A stretch of 64,000 nucleotides of DNA, from contig VRVR01000015.1 of assembly GCA_009859145.1 (NCBI GenBank), positions 327,894-391,893 on the forward strand, in the 5' to 3' direction. The translations under genes and the position numbers were made by a program. Each line of letters begins with the position of its first letter. Position 1 is the first letter of the stretch. The notes under the pieces were generated by a model. That model ran no database searches. It had not been told where the DNA came from and saw only the letters and a list, made by a program, of their open reading frames with translations. This DNA comes from Andalucia godoyi And28 (lineage: Eukaryota > Protista > Jakobida). This document shows, in pieces, positions 21,533 through 32,868 of this stretch.

Positions 21533-23866
21533 ATGTCCAGCGAAGAGTCTGATGAAGAGAGTGTGCAAGCGAGGGCTCCTGCGCCTCTGACCACGGATGT
21601 GTTGTATGAGAACACGGGAGAGTCTGATTACTTGTCATTGCAAGCGTGCGAGATTGCGTTTGAGCCATTGTCCGATATTTCACTGCTGCTGAAGTGCACG
21701 CAGCTGTCTCAGCTTACCATGATTTCGAATTCATTGAGTGATTTTCCACGGAGCTTTTCGTTTACTCCAATTGGATCGACAATTCAGGTGCTGTGTATTG
21801 CGTCGCAGTGTCTGACACGAATGACGTTTCTCGGCCAGCTGCCGCATCTTCGTGAGCTGTACTTGTATGACAATGCAATCGAGTCGATTGATGGTCTCTC
21901 TGGCTGTCCTTCGATTCAGAAACTGTGGATTCACTCCAATCGCATCGACCGCATACAGAATTTGGAGTGTCTGACGGATCTGCGCGAGCTGTGGCTGCAG
22001 GGCAACAGGATTTCAAACTGCAAGGGACTATCATCACTAGTGAATTTGCAAGTACTGAATTTGTCCGGTAATCCAATCTCGCAGTTTTCAGAAATCGAAG
22101 CACTGTCGTCTCTGCCGGCGCTGTTTGATGTTGGTTTTGCCGACCCGCACTTTGCGCCGTGTCCGATTTCGCATTCTGAAGGCTACCGGTCGTTTGTTGT
22201 GCAGTTTTTGAAGGGAGTTCGTATTTTGGACGGAACACTGATTACAGAAGAAGAGAAGAACAGAGTCGAAGACAATTACCTGCAGACGGCACTGGAGTTT
22301 TCAGATCGGATGGACGAATTGAGGAGAACGTCCGAGGCGCAATTGGCGCAAATTGACAATCAAATCCGGGGGTTTCAGGAGCGCTCTCGATTGATGGTGG
22401 ATTCTTTCCAGTCCTCATTGCAGACCCTCGAGGCCGCCATTCACGAAGGCCGGAATGCGATTCAGTCACAGCAAGCCCGCGTGGCTCGAAAGTACGCCAT
22501 GGCTGTCAAGAATTTCAAGGGTTCTTGCGATGATGTGAAGAAGGCGTATGAAGAGGAAATATCGTACTCCATCAAGCGTGACAAGGAGAGGATGCGTTCC
22601 GAAGAACTCTATTACAAGAGGGCTTGCAAATCGGCAGAGACGCTGCGGCAGTGGTTCAAGCTGGTCTACATTCCGCATTCCGTCAAGGTGTCGGAGATGT
22701 TTGAGAAGTCTCCAGAAGCAAAGTTGTTTGCAAGTCTCGCCTTGGATTCCCATTCCGCCCCCCAGAATCCCGACAAGATGACAAGCGTGTCTGCATCGTC
22801 GAACACGCCATCAAAGTCTCCCGCAGGCGGCCGTCCGCCCCTGAAATTGTTCCGCTGTCTCCATATTGCATCGGCACCATTCGATGCGGCGTCCACAAAA
22901 GTGGAGCGTGTATATATTCCTGTCACCCGCGACTTCATGGAACAAGTCCTGGCTGCAGAAGGACGGCTTCCAGCTGTAGGATCCAGGTCCTTGCTGCTGT
23001 TTCGCGATGCTGGTCAAGCGTTCAGCTCCTCTCCCGTTTCTGCTGCAGAAAGTGCTTCTGCTTTGGAACTGCAAGATGCGTCCTCCCTCGTCGTGGCGGT
23101 ATTGGTTGCGCAGTTTGCGCACCCGCTGTCCGTTCGCGAGCATGGAGAGGCTTCTGCGATTCAGATTTCTGCGAATGCAGAAGGATATTTGGGTGAGCAT
23201 GATGTGTGTCTATTTGGCCGTGAATCGACGGCCAAGATTCTCGTTGCATCACATGCATGTCCCAGTTGTCTTCGTGCAGAGTTTCTCTTATTGTTTGTCC
23301 CTCTCCGGGCGCTGTTCTCTGGAGCCGATTTTGAAGCGTTGGAAGTGGATCTGCTTCGGTCGTCGTGGACGTCCTTTGGTTCCTTCATCGGCAACAGCAA
23401 CAGCCGTGCTGGCCTCATCAACGAAAAACTTGTGGAACTTGAGCGCCGCATGCTTGGCGAGTACTTCTCGTTTGTTCGTCAAGTGTGGGATGAGCTGTGG
23501 GATGAAAGGCAGATGAAGGAGGTGCGAGCACGCGAAGAAGAAATGATGTCACTTCAAGCACAGCTGGCTATCTTGGACGCCGAGCTCGACGCCGAGCGAA
23601 TCGAGCAACTGCGGCTGCTTAAGCAGTATCGCCACGACATTCATGCGACTTCCGCGTCCGCCTTCGTCCCGCTCCCTGTTACTCCCGTTAGCACAGCGTC
23701 CTTTTCAAAGGACTCGTCGCAGTACGGTCTTCCATCGCCCTCGAGCTCTGGTTCCGGCTCGTCGTCTGCGCCGTTTGAACCGTCTAACCGTGCAACCAGC
23801 TCGTCACGCGCGTCGTCTTCGCGCCCAGCGTCCAAGGCTGCAATTGTTCGGAAACCAAAGCCATGA
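21533..23866 (+). CDS. SDS22-type leucine-rich repeat protein, LRRC9-like N-terminus (777 aa)
   Basis: LRRs (LRELYLYDNAI, IQKLWIHSNRI, LRELWLQGNRI, LNLSGNPI) followed by an LRRcap-like DPHFAPCPI...LDG and a coiled coil; this arrangement recalls LRRC9 (from memory); first ATG at 21533. Confidence 0.7.
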   Translation: MSSEESDEESVQARAPAPLTTDVLYENTGESDYLSLQACEIAFEPLSDISLLLKCTQLSQLTMISNSLSDFPRSFSFTPIGSTIQVLCIASQCLTRMTFLGQLPHLRELYLYDNAIESIDGLSGCPSIQKLWIHSNRIDRIQNLECLTDLRELWLQGNRISNCKGLSSLVNLQVLNLSGNPISQFSEIEALSSLPALFDVGFADPHFAPCPISHSEGYRSFVVQFLKGVRILDGTLITEEEKNRVEDNYLQTALEFSDRMDELRRTSEAQLAQIDNQIRGFQERSRLMVDSFQSSLQTLEAAIHEGRNAIQSQQARVARKYAMAVKNFKGSCDDVKKAYEEEISYSIKRDKERMRSEELYYKRACKSAETLRQWFKLVYIPHSVKVSEMFEKSPEAKLFASLALDSHSAPQNPDKMTSVSASSNTPSKSPAGGRPPLKLFRCLHIASAPFDAASTKVERVYIPVTRDFMEQVLAAEGRLPAVGSRSLLLFRDAGQAFSSSPVSAAESASALELQDASSLVVAVLVAQFAHPLSVREHGEASAIQISANAEGYLGEHDVCLFGRESTAKILVASHACPSCLRAEFLLLFVPLRALFSGADFEALEVDLLRSSWTSFGSFIGNSNSRAGLINEKLVELERRMLGEYFSFVRQVWDELWDERQMKEVRAREEEMMSLQAQLAILDAELDAERIEQLRLLKQYRHDIHATSASAFVPLPVTPVSTASFSKDSSQYGLPSPSSSGSGSSSAPFEPSNRATSSSRASSSRPASKAAIVRKPKP

Positions 23867-24148
23867 CGATTCGTTTTGCAATTTTTTACTTTCATTTGTA
23901 AATATTCCTTCTTCGTCTTCGTCTTCGTCTTCGTCAGTTGTTTCTTATTTTTATTCGTCTATCAGAAAACACTTATTATTTTCTTTTTTTTCAATATTAA
24001 AGATTCAACAAAAAAAGGAAAAACAAAAACAGTTTCAATTCTCGAATATGCGTATATATATATATGTACAGCCACAACACAGAAAGAAAAAAACGAAACA
24101 GGATTCGACGGAAGATCAGTAGTCCATCGAGCATGAGGCAGAGAGGAT

Positions 24149-24379
24149 TTAGAAACCTCGGGCTTTCTTCCAGAGAATCCAGCTGATCTGGTCGCGAACA
24201 GCCTTCAGTGCAATGCGGCGTTCTTGCGACTCTCGCTGATGTCGCAGTTCTTCAGATGGTTTCACAAACCGAGTCTGCTGGCGAAGCTGACGAGGCGCAA
24301 GTCCCTCTTGAATCAAGGTGCGCTTCAGCCTACGAAGAGCCTTCTCCACATTACTCCCAACAACCTCAATCGTCAACAT
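24149..24379 (-). CDS. MRPS21: mitochondrial ribosomal protein S21 (bS21m, 76 aa)
   Basis: IEVVGSNVEKALRRLKR...RFVKPSEELR matches the bacterial/mitochondrial S21 pattern; ATG at 24379. Confidence 0.85.
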   Translation of the reverse strand: MLTIEVVGSNVEKALRRLKRTLIQEGLAPRQLRQQTRFVKPSEELRHQRESQERRIALKAVRDQISWILWKKARGF

Positions 24380-24667
24380 CTCTCCAACCGCAAAAACGAA
24401 CACTGAGAATATGTATGCGCCAGTAATTTTAATTTAATATTTTAAAAAATTTCGCACCAAAAAAGCAGAGCTTGGAAAACCCAATACAAAACGACAGAAA
24501 AGACAGTCCCATTGAAAGGAGTGAAAGGGAGGGTTAATGTTTATATGTGTACTTTGTATTGTGCACGGGAGCAAGCAACCCTAAGTGGGGCATTGTTTAT
24601 TGGACGGTTTTTTTGTTGTTACGACCGACAGCTCAATGCAACCACTGTGGAATCTTGGTGTGTTCTC

Positions 24668-26197
24668 TCATGTGGTGTTGGTGATGGTGGCGGCTGCCTC
24701 GTCGAGGCGCTCGTCCTTTTCTTCCTGCGCAGACCACTTCTGGTCCACAGTGCTTGCTGCTTCTTCCCGCGGCGTTGGAATTCTCTCGCGAACCACATTG
24801 CCAGCATGAACGTAAATGTCGCGGAACAGATGTTTCTTGGACGGATCGCCGAAGAATGCTGCGTGCCACGCATCGACGTCATCTGCGTAGACATGATGCC
24901 CGCCAGCGCACTCCCTGACGATCACGGGACCTTTTAGACTGCGTGCAGCTTCAAGATACGGATCTCTTCTCATCCACGAATGCGATCCGCGGATCAGCAA
25001 CACCGGGATGCTTTCATCAAGTCGATGAATTCGCCTCAGCATCGGAAGCGCAGCAAATCCAAGGCTTCGGGTCATCGCCCCAAATGCATGCTCTCCCATC
25101 GCCGGTTTCTGTGCACTGATTTCGTAAATGTAGTCCAGGATGCGCTTGTCGTTCGGGAACAGATCTTCGAATCGGTGGAAGAAATCCGGCCGGAATCGGT
25201 GGACTAACCAGGGGCCCATCGGTCCCGAAGTCCGCACAATGCTGAGCGGTGCATTGGTCATTCCACCAAATGCAGCCGCGAGAATCCGCCAGCGCAGAGG
25301 AATGCGACGATTTGCATCTGCTGGTTTTTCAGGGAACCCCCACGGGTCCGCCAGGATCAGTCGATCCACATTCTGTGGATATTTGAGGGCGTACGACGCT
25401 GCAAGATATCCGCCCATGGAGTGGCCGCAGAGCGTAAACTTCTTCCCGTTACCCAGCTCCTCGCCCATCGATTTTCTCCAAGCTTCAAACGTCTCGATGA
25501 AGTACGTCTCGGCCAGCATTGGAGACACTTTCAGCGTGCAATCCTTTAGTTTTTCAATTTCCGTTCCCAGCGGCATCGATGGCTTCTTCTTTTTCTTTTC
25601 GTTCTTCTCTGCATTCGCCACTGACGCCACTGACGCCGGTGCAGCCTGAACGCCACCCACAACACCGTCGCCGTCGGCAGCGTCGTCGCCGTCGTCGTCG
25701 TCTTGGATTGTGTTTTCAGCAGCCGAAAACACTTCATTTGGGAGCGTTGGACGGATGTGTTTAAGCACAGAAAATGGCATTCGGGAAGATCGGCCAAAGC
25801 CAGCCAAATCCACAGCATAGACTCGATAATCCTTTGCGAATGCATCGAGCGACTTGATCCAAAACGGCCCAGACCCACCAAACCCATGCATCAACACCAG
25901 CGGAGGCTTGCTCGGGTCTCCCACAATTATTGTGTTGATGTGATATTCCTTTCCATTCTCAAGCTTTGCAATCGATACAAACTTTTGCTCTCTCGGCGAC
26001 GTCACTGCTTCCAAAACACGCTGCTCTGCAAGAAAGAGCGAGTACGCCGATGTCGGTCTCCAGTACGGTCTTGGAACCCACGAAAACAGTCCAGAGCGAC
26101 GCGGAGGGTCTATTACATGGTTGTGATTGCCCATGCTCGACGGACCCCCGTTCTCTTCAGCTGCTGCACTAGTCATCGAACTAACAGCAGACGACAT
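24668..26197 (-). CDS. ABHD4/ABHD5 (CGI-58/Ict1)-family alpha/beta hydrolase-acyltransferase (509 aa)
   Basis: LVLMHGFGG, DLAGFGRSSR, GHSMGGY (Ser nucleophile intact), LILADPWG, and HHVYAD HX4D motif. Confidence 0.87.
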   Translation of the reverse strand: MSSAVSSMTSAAAEENGGPSSMGNHNHVIDPPRRSGLFSWVPRPYWRPTSAYSLFLAEQRVLEAVTSPREQKFVSIAKLENGKEYHINTIIVGDPSKPPLVLMHGFGGSGPFWIKSLDAFAKDYRVYAVDLAGFGRSSRMPFSVLKHIRPTLPNEVFSAAENTIQDDDDGDDAADGDGVVGGVQAAPASVASVANAEKNEKKKKKPSMPLGTEIEKLKDCTLKVSPMLAETYFIETFEAWRKSMGEELGNGKKFTLCGHSMGGYLAASYALKYPQNVDRLILADPWGFPEKPADANRRIPLRWRILAAAFGGMTNAPLSIVRTSGPMGPWLVHRFRPDFFHRFEDLFPNDKRILDYIYEISAQKPAMGEHAFGAMTRSLGFAALPMLRRIHRLDESIPVLLIRGSHSWMRRDPYLEAARSLKGPVIVRECAGGHHVYADDVDAWHAAFFGDPSKKHLFRDIYVHAGNVVRERIPTPREEAASTVDQKWSAQEEKDERLDEAAATITNTT

Positions 26198-26860
26198 GAT
26201 GCGAGCAACCGACGGAGACCGCGATGCAAAGATGAATCGACGCGCTTTCGAAATACTACGCGTCAGTTTGCACAGAGACTGTTGACTTTGGTATCAACCC
26301 CGCTTCCTCCCCGTACTGGTAAAAATCTAATCTAAAATAAAAAAAGACAACCAAAAAAACAAACGAAAAAACAAACGAGTAGCAATGCCCAATTAGCAAC
26401 TAACGAATAATCAACAGTGAATAAACCAGGCGGAAGAACAAGTGTACGTAATCGTTAAAAGAGGCTGCATCTTCTGGCACGATCATCAGATCTCCAATTC
26501 TCCGTACATGGAAAGGGGACGAATCAGAAAGAAAGGGGAAAAGGCGGCATTTCGGCAAATCAAAAAAAGGAAATAGTGAGGAAGTTGACTCAAGCTCATG
26601 TTACAGAAAACGGGAAAAACCTCAAGCGCATTCTTTCGCACTTTCATAGTCGTTTCGTTCCTTTAATCTTCTCCAACCAAAAGAAGTGCCTCTGTTTCCT
26701 TACTTCTATTTTTCCTTTCTTTTTCTTCTTCTTCTTCTTTGTGTGCGTGTTTGTTGTTGTTGGTGAAGTTGAGCGAGTCAGTGGGTGTGGGTGGGTGAGT
26801 GGGTGAGCGGGGTGGTGAGAGGTGTTTCTGTTTGTCATTGTATTTAAGCACCACTTTGAA

Positions 26861-28222
26861 ATGTATCTGGCATCACGAAGCTTGTGCAGGAGGATCTACT
26901 ACTACGGCAGCGGCGGTGTTCGCACGATTGTGACACTGACTCCTGAAATACTAGCACAGTATGCGAAGCCTGAAGGTCCGATTGCGACGTATGAGAATTT
27001 GATTGCGAATGATCTGTTCACGCGAGATCCGCAGCAGCTCCAGTCGTTGGAAATTCTCCAGACCCTTCATGAACGGCTGCTTTCTTATGCGCCGCCGCCT
27101 TCCTCTTTCGTCGACGGAAAAGCTTCGTCAAAAGGATCCTTGTTTCGCAAACTGTTCAAAGCAAGCTTGTTTTCTGCTGCTGCTGGTGATGCAGCAGCAT
27201 CATCATCATCATCATCATCATCATGGTCGTCGTCGTCGTCGGGATCCGCGGTTCCTAAGGGGGTCTACCTGTGGGGAGGCGTCGGGTGTGGCAAAACGAC
27301 AGTCATGGACATCTTCTACGGGAGTGTTCCGGTGAGTGGAAAGCGCCGAATCCACTTTCACGAATTCATGCTCAATGTACACACGCGCATCCACCGACTG
27401 CGTACCAATACACCTGGTGGGTTCGTCGGCGACCCCGTGCCTCCGATTGTCGAGGCAATGATGAAAGAGGCGTGGCTGTATTGTTTTGACGAGATGCAGT
27501 GCTATGACATCGCGAATGCAATGATCTTGAGACGACTGTTCGAGGAAATGTTTTCGCACGGCGCAGTTGTGGTGACAACTTCGAACAGGGTCCCGGATGA
27601 CTTGTATAAGAACGGGATGCAGAGAGAGTTCTTCATTCCTTTCATCCACTTGATTCGAGAAAAATGCACAGTGCACCATTTGGCAAGCAAGACGGATTAC
27701 AGATTGACCGGTCATTTGTCTTCCAAGACTTACTTGTCCCCGCTCACGCCACAGAATCAAGAGGAAGTAAGCCGTGTGTTCTCATTGCTCACTCACAATG
27801 AGGAGCTGTCCGAGATCACACTTCATGTCAAGGGTCGGCAACTGCATGTCCGAGAATCGGCGCGTGGAGTTGCGCGCTTCACATTTGATGAGCTTTGCAG
27901 ACCAGCACTCGGAGTCGTTGACTATCTTGCGATTGCTTCCCATTTTCATACCATCATTCTCACAGGCGTGCCCAAGATGACGATTTCCGATCGAAACGAA
28001 GTGCGCAGGCTCATCATGCTCATCGACGCTCTGTACGATCATCGATGCAAGGTCGTGATTCTTGCGGACTCGCTTCCTCCAATGCTGTACGAAAAGAACA
28101 CAAACGGCAGCGAAGACGAAAACTTTGCGTGGGATCGCTGCGTCTCTCGCATGATTGAGATGCAAACCCGCGAGTATTTGGAGAGTGTCCACAAATCAGA
28201 AAGTCAAGTGCTTGCATCTTAG
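26861..28222 (+). CDS. AFG1: AFG1/LACE1 (ZapE-family) mitochondrial ATPase (453 aa)
   Basis: [13 protein letters not shown] Walker [15 protein letters not shown] Walker [40 protein letters not shown]; first ATG at 26861. Confidence 0.92.
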   Translation: MYLASRSLCRRIYYYGSGGVRTIVTLTPEILAQYAKPEGPIATYENLIANDLFTRDPQQLQSLEILQTLHERLLSYAPPPSSFVDGKASSKGSLFRKLFKASLFSAAAGDAAASSSSSSSSWSSSSSGSAVPKGVYLWGGVGCGKTTVMDIFYGSVPVSGKRRIHFHEFMLNVHTRIHRLRTNTPGGFVGDPVPPIVEAMMKEAWLYCFDEMQCYDIANAMILRRLFEEMFSHGAVVVTTSNRVPDDLYKNGMQREFFIPFIHLIREKCTVHHLASKTDYRLTGHLSSKTYLSPLTPQNQEEVSRVFSLLTHNEELSEITLHVKGRQLHVRESARGVARFTFDELCRPALGVVDYLAIASHFHTIILTGVPKMTISDRNEVRRLIMLIDALYDHRCKVVILADSLPPMLYEKNTNGSEDENFAWDRCVSRMIEMQTREYLESVHKSESQVLAS

Positions 28223-28325
28223 TCCGTAGATGTATATTTTTGATGAGAGTCGCCCGAGCCTGGTGTCGAATCTCTTTGGTAGGGCCTATTGGCTTTGGAT
28301 AAATTCCAAGACTCCACGAAGCACG

Positions 28326-29567
28326 TTACTCGGGGGGTCTTGCCGCTCCAAGCGACGTCGTCGCAATTCCAGCAGCTGTTTGCACCAGGTCTCGTAGCGG
28401 GGGCTCTGGGATGATAGGGTGCTGCGCGAAGTTTTGAACTGCTTGCAAGTAAACGTGTCCGATGGGTCTTCTTTGTTCTTTTGCGCCCGCGCCTGGGTTC
28501 TCAGCCTCTGCGGCGTCTAGCGGTGATGGCGCAATGCAAACAGGTGAGATGCCCTGCTCATTGCCGATCTCTTTGGTTGCCGGTGTTTCCAGCACTCGGG
28601 GTCTCTTTGACGCGGGTTCGCAGATCGGGGATTCGTGCGTCTCGATGGCCAGAGGGCTGTTCGAACAATCAGCACTTCCTGATTCGCTGTTCCGCGATCT
28701 GGATGACTGGCTGGTTCGAGGATCGATGCTTGACGGTGTACTTGGCGACAGGCCCGTGTTGTCGGAGACTGCACCGTGTCCGTCGCAAAGAGACACAGTT
28801 GCTGCGGAGATATTCGCACTGTGAGCATGTGCAGATGTGGACGATGCAGGGATTGGTGGTGCTTCGGGCTTCACAGCATCTGGCTGCTGTTTCACGAGTT
28901 CCCATGTCATAGGAATATCAGAGTGCCGTTGGAAAATCTTCGGTTTCGCCTTCAAAAGGCCTCGTAATTGCTGATTCGTTGTATCATATCCGAATGTTTT
29001 CTGCAGTTCTGTTTGGATGCTGGTTACACGCAGCGGTTGTCCGGTGGTTTCCAACACCCGAACCACGAGGAGTTGCAGAATCCCCGTCTTCCGCCGTTTC
29101 TTAGCCACCTGTGGTTGTTCACTGCTGCTGCAATGGATGATGGAAAGATCCACAGCATCCTGTTTCTCTCGGATATTGTCGTCCCGATTTGTCGGAGCTT
29201 CACGAGTCACCTTGTACTTGCTAACCACATCTCCCGCATTTCCAGTCTGTAGCTCTCGATCTATGGCGCGTGGATCAAAAAGGAAGCCTTCCGTATGCGT
29301 GCCCCTGCTTACGCACAGAGTCGCTGCCGGCGGCGTTTGCATGGCAGTTTGCTCCGTCATTGACGACGCCTCGAACAAGTCATGAACAAGCCGCATCAGG
29401 ACCGACCGCTCACGAATGAGATCGACGACGAGGAATTTGAGTTCCGTTTTGTTTAGCTGGTTCAGGCGGCTGTCTTGCAATTCATCCAAATCATCCTCAA
29501 ACAACACAGAGGATCCGTATTCATAGACTGGTTCGTCTGCAGCACTTGTCTTTTGTCGCGTCGACAT
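28326..29567 (-). CDS. hypothetical nuclear protein with putative winged-helix domain (413 aa)
   Basis: ATG at 29567; KKRRK NLS-like motif followed by ILQLLVVRVLETTGQPLRVTSIQTELQ...LRGLLKAKPKIFQR...TWEL; disordered C-terminal half. Confidence 0.62.
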   Translation of the reverse strand: MSTRQKTSAADEPVYEYGSSVLFEDDLDELQDSRLNQLNKTELKFLVVDLIRERSVLMRLVHDLFEASSMTEQTAMQTPPAATLCVSRGTHTEGFLFDPRAIDRELQTGNAGDVVSKYKVTREAPTNRDDNIREKQDAVDLSIIHCSSSEQPQVAKKRRKTGILQLLVVRVLETTGQPLRVTSIQTELQKTFGYDTTNQQLRGLLKAKPKIFQRHSDIPMTWELVKQQPDAVKPEAPPIPASSTSAHAHSANISAATVSLCDGHGAVSDNTGLSPSTPSSIDPRTSQSSRSRNSESGSADCSNSPLAIETHESPICEPASKRPRVLETPATKEIGNEQGISPVCIAPSPLDAAEAENPGAGAKEQRRPIGHVYLQAVQNFAQHPIIPEPPLRDLVQTAAGIATTSLGAARPPE

Positions 29568-29763
29568 TTTCCAATCTCACGCTTTACGATTTCCTGCTCT
29601 CTGTTTCGCTAACGCTGTCGCTTCTTTTTGGCTGTTCGTGCTGTGGAGGATTGACCCAAAAAAAGAAAGGGGAGGGGACAGAGAAGAGAAGGGGAAAATA
29701 ATAAAATGCAAAGGAATCAAGATTCACGATAAACACATTCAAAAAGCAAGCCTATATATATGC

Positions 29764-29788
29764 GTGTGTGTGTGTGTGTGTGTGTGTG
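29764..29788 (+). repeat. (GT)12 microsatellite
   Basis: Direct tandem repeat. Confidence 0.9.
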
Positions 29789-30095
29789 CGTGACTCGGAG
29801 AACGCCAAGGTTTTTCCCGCGAGACGCCGAGACACAAAAGCCAGCTCGTTGGGCGGGCTTTCTGTAGTCGTGTTCTTATTACAACCGATGCTTCTTCGTT
29901 CATTTCTTGCTAATTTTGTTCACCCCTCCTTTTTACCATCGAAGGTTGTACTTTACGGACGTGCTACACAGCAAAAACAACCAATCCAACAGCAGCTGCA
30001 ACAAAAACAACAAACACGAATACAGTATCATGATGGGAAGGAAACTGAGGTAAGGGAAGGTTGTCGAGATGAGAGAGGCAGGAAGCATGGCAAGC

Positions 30096-31565
30096 CTACA
30101 AGTTGAGAGCCTTCTTGAGCTTGAGACCGAGCGTCTGGTCCATCTGCTCAAAGTGCGACACAATGATTTTTCTGCACTCCGTGGAGCACTTCGGATGCGC
30201 AAGGGTCCCGAGGATTCTCTTGAAAAATCGTTCTCTGCGCTCCGCATCAAACGTTAAGTACCGTGCTCGAGCCTGCGAGAAATCATCGACCTTGGTGATG
30301 GGAGCCTTGACCTTCTTTCCGTACATTCCCTGCGCCACGAGCGGCGTCTTTTGCTCTGCATGTCTCGTCGGATCAAAGCGTGATGGGAAGTAGTTCACTT
30401 CTTTTTCTCGGAGCACAAACGTACCTTGGCCATCGTAAATGGGGTTCCGGAATACGCAGCGCGGAGCATTCACAGGGAGCAGATTGAAGTTGTTTCCAAG
30501 TCGGTGGCGCTGAGTATCGAGGTACGAGAAAACACGGGTCTGCAGGAGCTTATCCTGAGATAGGGCGACACCTGGAACGATGTTGGAGGGGCAGAATGCC
30601 AGCTGTTCGTTCTCTGCGTGGAACTCGGTGTTTTGGTTCAGCACAAGTCGACCGACGGTGTACAGCGGGAATCGGTCCTCAGGCCAGGTCTTCGTGACGT
30701 CAAATGGATCAAACTCGAGAGACTCTGCAAGAGACGGGTCCATGTACTGCATCCGGAGAGTCCACTCGGGGAAATCCCCGCGTGCAATGGCCTCATGCAA
30801 GTCGAGCTGCGCATGCTGGTGATTCGTTCCTCCAACCACGATTGCTTGGTCTTCCAACAAGTTCCTCACACCCTGTTTCGGCACCCAGTGGTATTTGACC
30901 AACGTTTCGCGGCCATCGCGGGTGATCCAGTGGTATGTGTGCACGCCAAATCCCTCCATATGGCGATAGTCCTGCGGAATGCCGCAGTCATCTTGCAAAA
31001 ACGTCATCATGTGCAAATGCTGCGGGCCCAAAGCAGAGAAGAAGTCCCAGACGCGCCAGAACTCCTGTAGGTTGTTTCTCGGATTTGGCTTGAATGCATG
31101 GACCATTGATGGAAACAGCATGCCATCGCGGATGAAAAACACCGGGAAGTTGTTGCCAACGATGTCGTAGTTTCCCTCGCGAGTGTAAAATTTGACTGCG
31201 AATCCTCGCGGATCTCGCAGAGTTTCCGGCGATCCACGAGGATGGACAACAGTCGAGAAGCGCACAACAACAGGTGTCTTTGTGCCAGGCGCACGCAAAA
31301 AGTCGGCGGCTGTGCGGTCAGACACGTCGGCCGTGCACTCGAAGTATCCCTTCGCGGATGCTCCCACTGCATGGACGACTCGCTCAGGGATTTTTTCACG
31401 GTGGAACGCAGCGAGTCTCGAAACAAGAAGATGGTCTTCCAGAAGAATCGGTCCGCGGTTGCCGACAGTCAGCGGCTGCATCACGTTCCACACTGGACTG
31501 CCATTGATGTCCGAAAACACAGGTCCGTCCTGGCGATCACGAGGCGTCACATACTCGGGATTCAT
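30096..31565 (-). CDS. CAT: monofunctional heme catalase, paralog 1 (489 aa)
   Basis: ERVVHAVG (distal His), [42 protein letters not shown] (proximal Tyr); first ATG at 31565. Confidence 0.97.
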   Translation of the reverse strand: MNPEYVTPRDRQDGPVFSDINGSPVWNVMQPLTVGNRGPILLEDHLLVSRLAAFHREKIPERVVHAVGASAKGYFECTADVSDRTAADFLRAPGTKTPVVVRFSTVVHPRGSPETLRDPRGFAVKFYTREGNYDIVGNNFPVFFIRDGMLFPSMVHAFKPNPRNNLQEFWRVWDFFSALGPQHLHMMTFLQDDCGIPQDYRHMEGFGVHTYHWITRDGRETLVKYHWVPKQGVRNLLEDQAIVVGGTNHQHAQLDLHEAIARGDFPEWTLRMQYMDPSLAESLEFDPFDVTKTWPEDRFPLYTVGRLVLNQNTEFHAENEQLAFCPSNIVPGVALSQDKLLQTRVFSYLDTQRHRLGNNFNLLPVNAPRCVFRNPIYDGQGTFVLREKEVNYFPSRFDPTRHAEQKTPLVAQGMYGKKVKAPITKVDDFSQARARYLTFDAERRERFFKRILGTLAHPKCSTECRKIIVSHFEQMDQTLGLKLKKALNL

Positions 31566-32103
31566 CTCGATTCTTTTTTGTACTTCCTGTTCTTCCTGTT
31601 CTACCGTTCTTCTTTTTTTTTTTCTCTCTCTCCTTTCCGTCAACGGCTGCTGCTGCGTGGAGAAAAGAAAGAAGAACGGCCCGAGACGAGACTCTCAGGA
31701 GACCGAGGAAGGGGGACATCGAGGAGAGGGCCCGGAGTCAAGGGCCTCTGTAGAAGCTGGGTAAGGAATAAGTGCATGCTGCGTTGTGCAGATAACAAAA
31801 ACGAGGAGCCGACTACGATCGTTTTGTCCTATCACTCATCATCCATCAGTTGTCAGTTGTCAGTTGTCAGTTGTCACTGGTTGCGGATTCCATTTCCATT
31901 TCCATTTCCAGTTCTGACATGCCTACTCAATGCCGATTGCGAGATTCGTTCAAATCACCGGTATTTCCGCCTCCCTTCTCCGACCGTATTCCTTCTTCTT
32001 TTCAACCACATTAATTGTTATTGTTGTTATTATTTCATTCATTCATTTTTTCTGTTCTTCCCATTTGGTTCCCGGGACGACATCTTAACAGGGAGACACG
32101 AGT

Positions 32104-32868
32104 ATGACGCATGTGAAGTGCAATGTGTATGACATTATCGACAATTCGTATTCTGCATGGGCTGGAATCGGGGTATTCCACTCGGGGATTGAGGTGTACG
32201 GCGTGGAGTACTCGTTTGGGGGCGGCCTTGGGTCTGCGACAGGCGTGTTTGGAATTGAGCCGCGATCTGCGGAAGGTGTCGTCTTTAGAGAAACGGTTGT
32301 GTTGGGCGAAACGAAGCTGAGTCGGTCGGAGGTGGAAAGGATTGTGTGGGACATGGCGCGGGACTGGCCGTCGAATTCGTATGACTTGCTGGAACGAAAC
32401 TGCAACGTGTTTTCCGATGCTCTTGCGCAAAGAATCTTGGGCGTCGGCGTCCCTGGGTTTGTGAATCGGCTGGCGCGTGTCGGCTCGTTCTTCCGATGCG
32501 TGCTGCCTGCACAGCTCGTGGGCGACCAGGAGCCAGTCCGTGTGAACACAAGTGGAAATATGGTGCAGATCGGAGGACGCGTGCAAGGGGCTGCGACAGG
32601 GCCATCCGTGTTCCAGGGAACTGCCCGGACACTTCAGACTGCCAAGGAAGCCCGAGCCAATGTACATCAACGACAGGACGCAGCGTCCTCGTCTTCCTCG
32701 TCTGCTGCTGCTGCTTCGGCTTCGCAGACATCTTCTCACTCATACCCACAGCCAAAGAATATTACACCGGAAATGCAAAGAGAAATGATTCTTGCGGCAA
32801 CGATAGCGAGGAATCAAGCGGCTAGAAGACCGGTTGGTGCGTCGAGTGCCACGTCCACGCGTGTGTAG
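32104..32868 (+). CDS. DESI2: DeSI/PPPDE deSUMOylating/deubiquitinating isopeptidase (254 aa)
   Basis: NVYDI, GVFHSGIEVYGVEYSFGG (catalytic His), YDLLERNCNVFS (catalytic Cys), P.FVNRLAR. Confidence 0.88.
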   Translation: MTHVKCNVYDIIDNSYSAWAGIGVFHSGIEVYGVEYSFGGGLGSATGVFGIEPRSAEGVVFRETVVLGETKLSRSEVERIVWDMARDWPSNSYDLLERNCNVFSDALAQRILGVGVPGFVNRLARVGSFFRCVLPAQLVGDQEPVRVNTSGNMVQIGGRVQGAATGPSVFQGTARTLQTAKEARANVHQRQDAASSSSSSAAAASASQTSSHSYPQPKNITPEMQREMILAATIARNQAARRPVGASSATSTRV

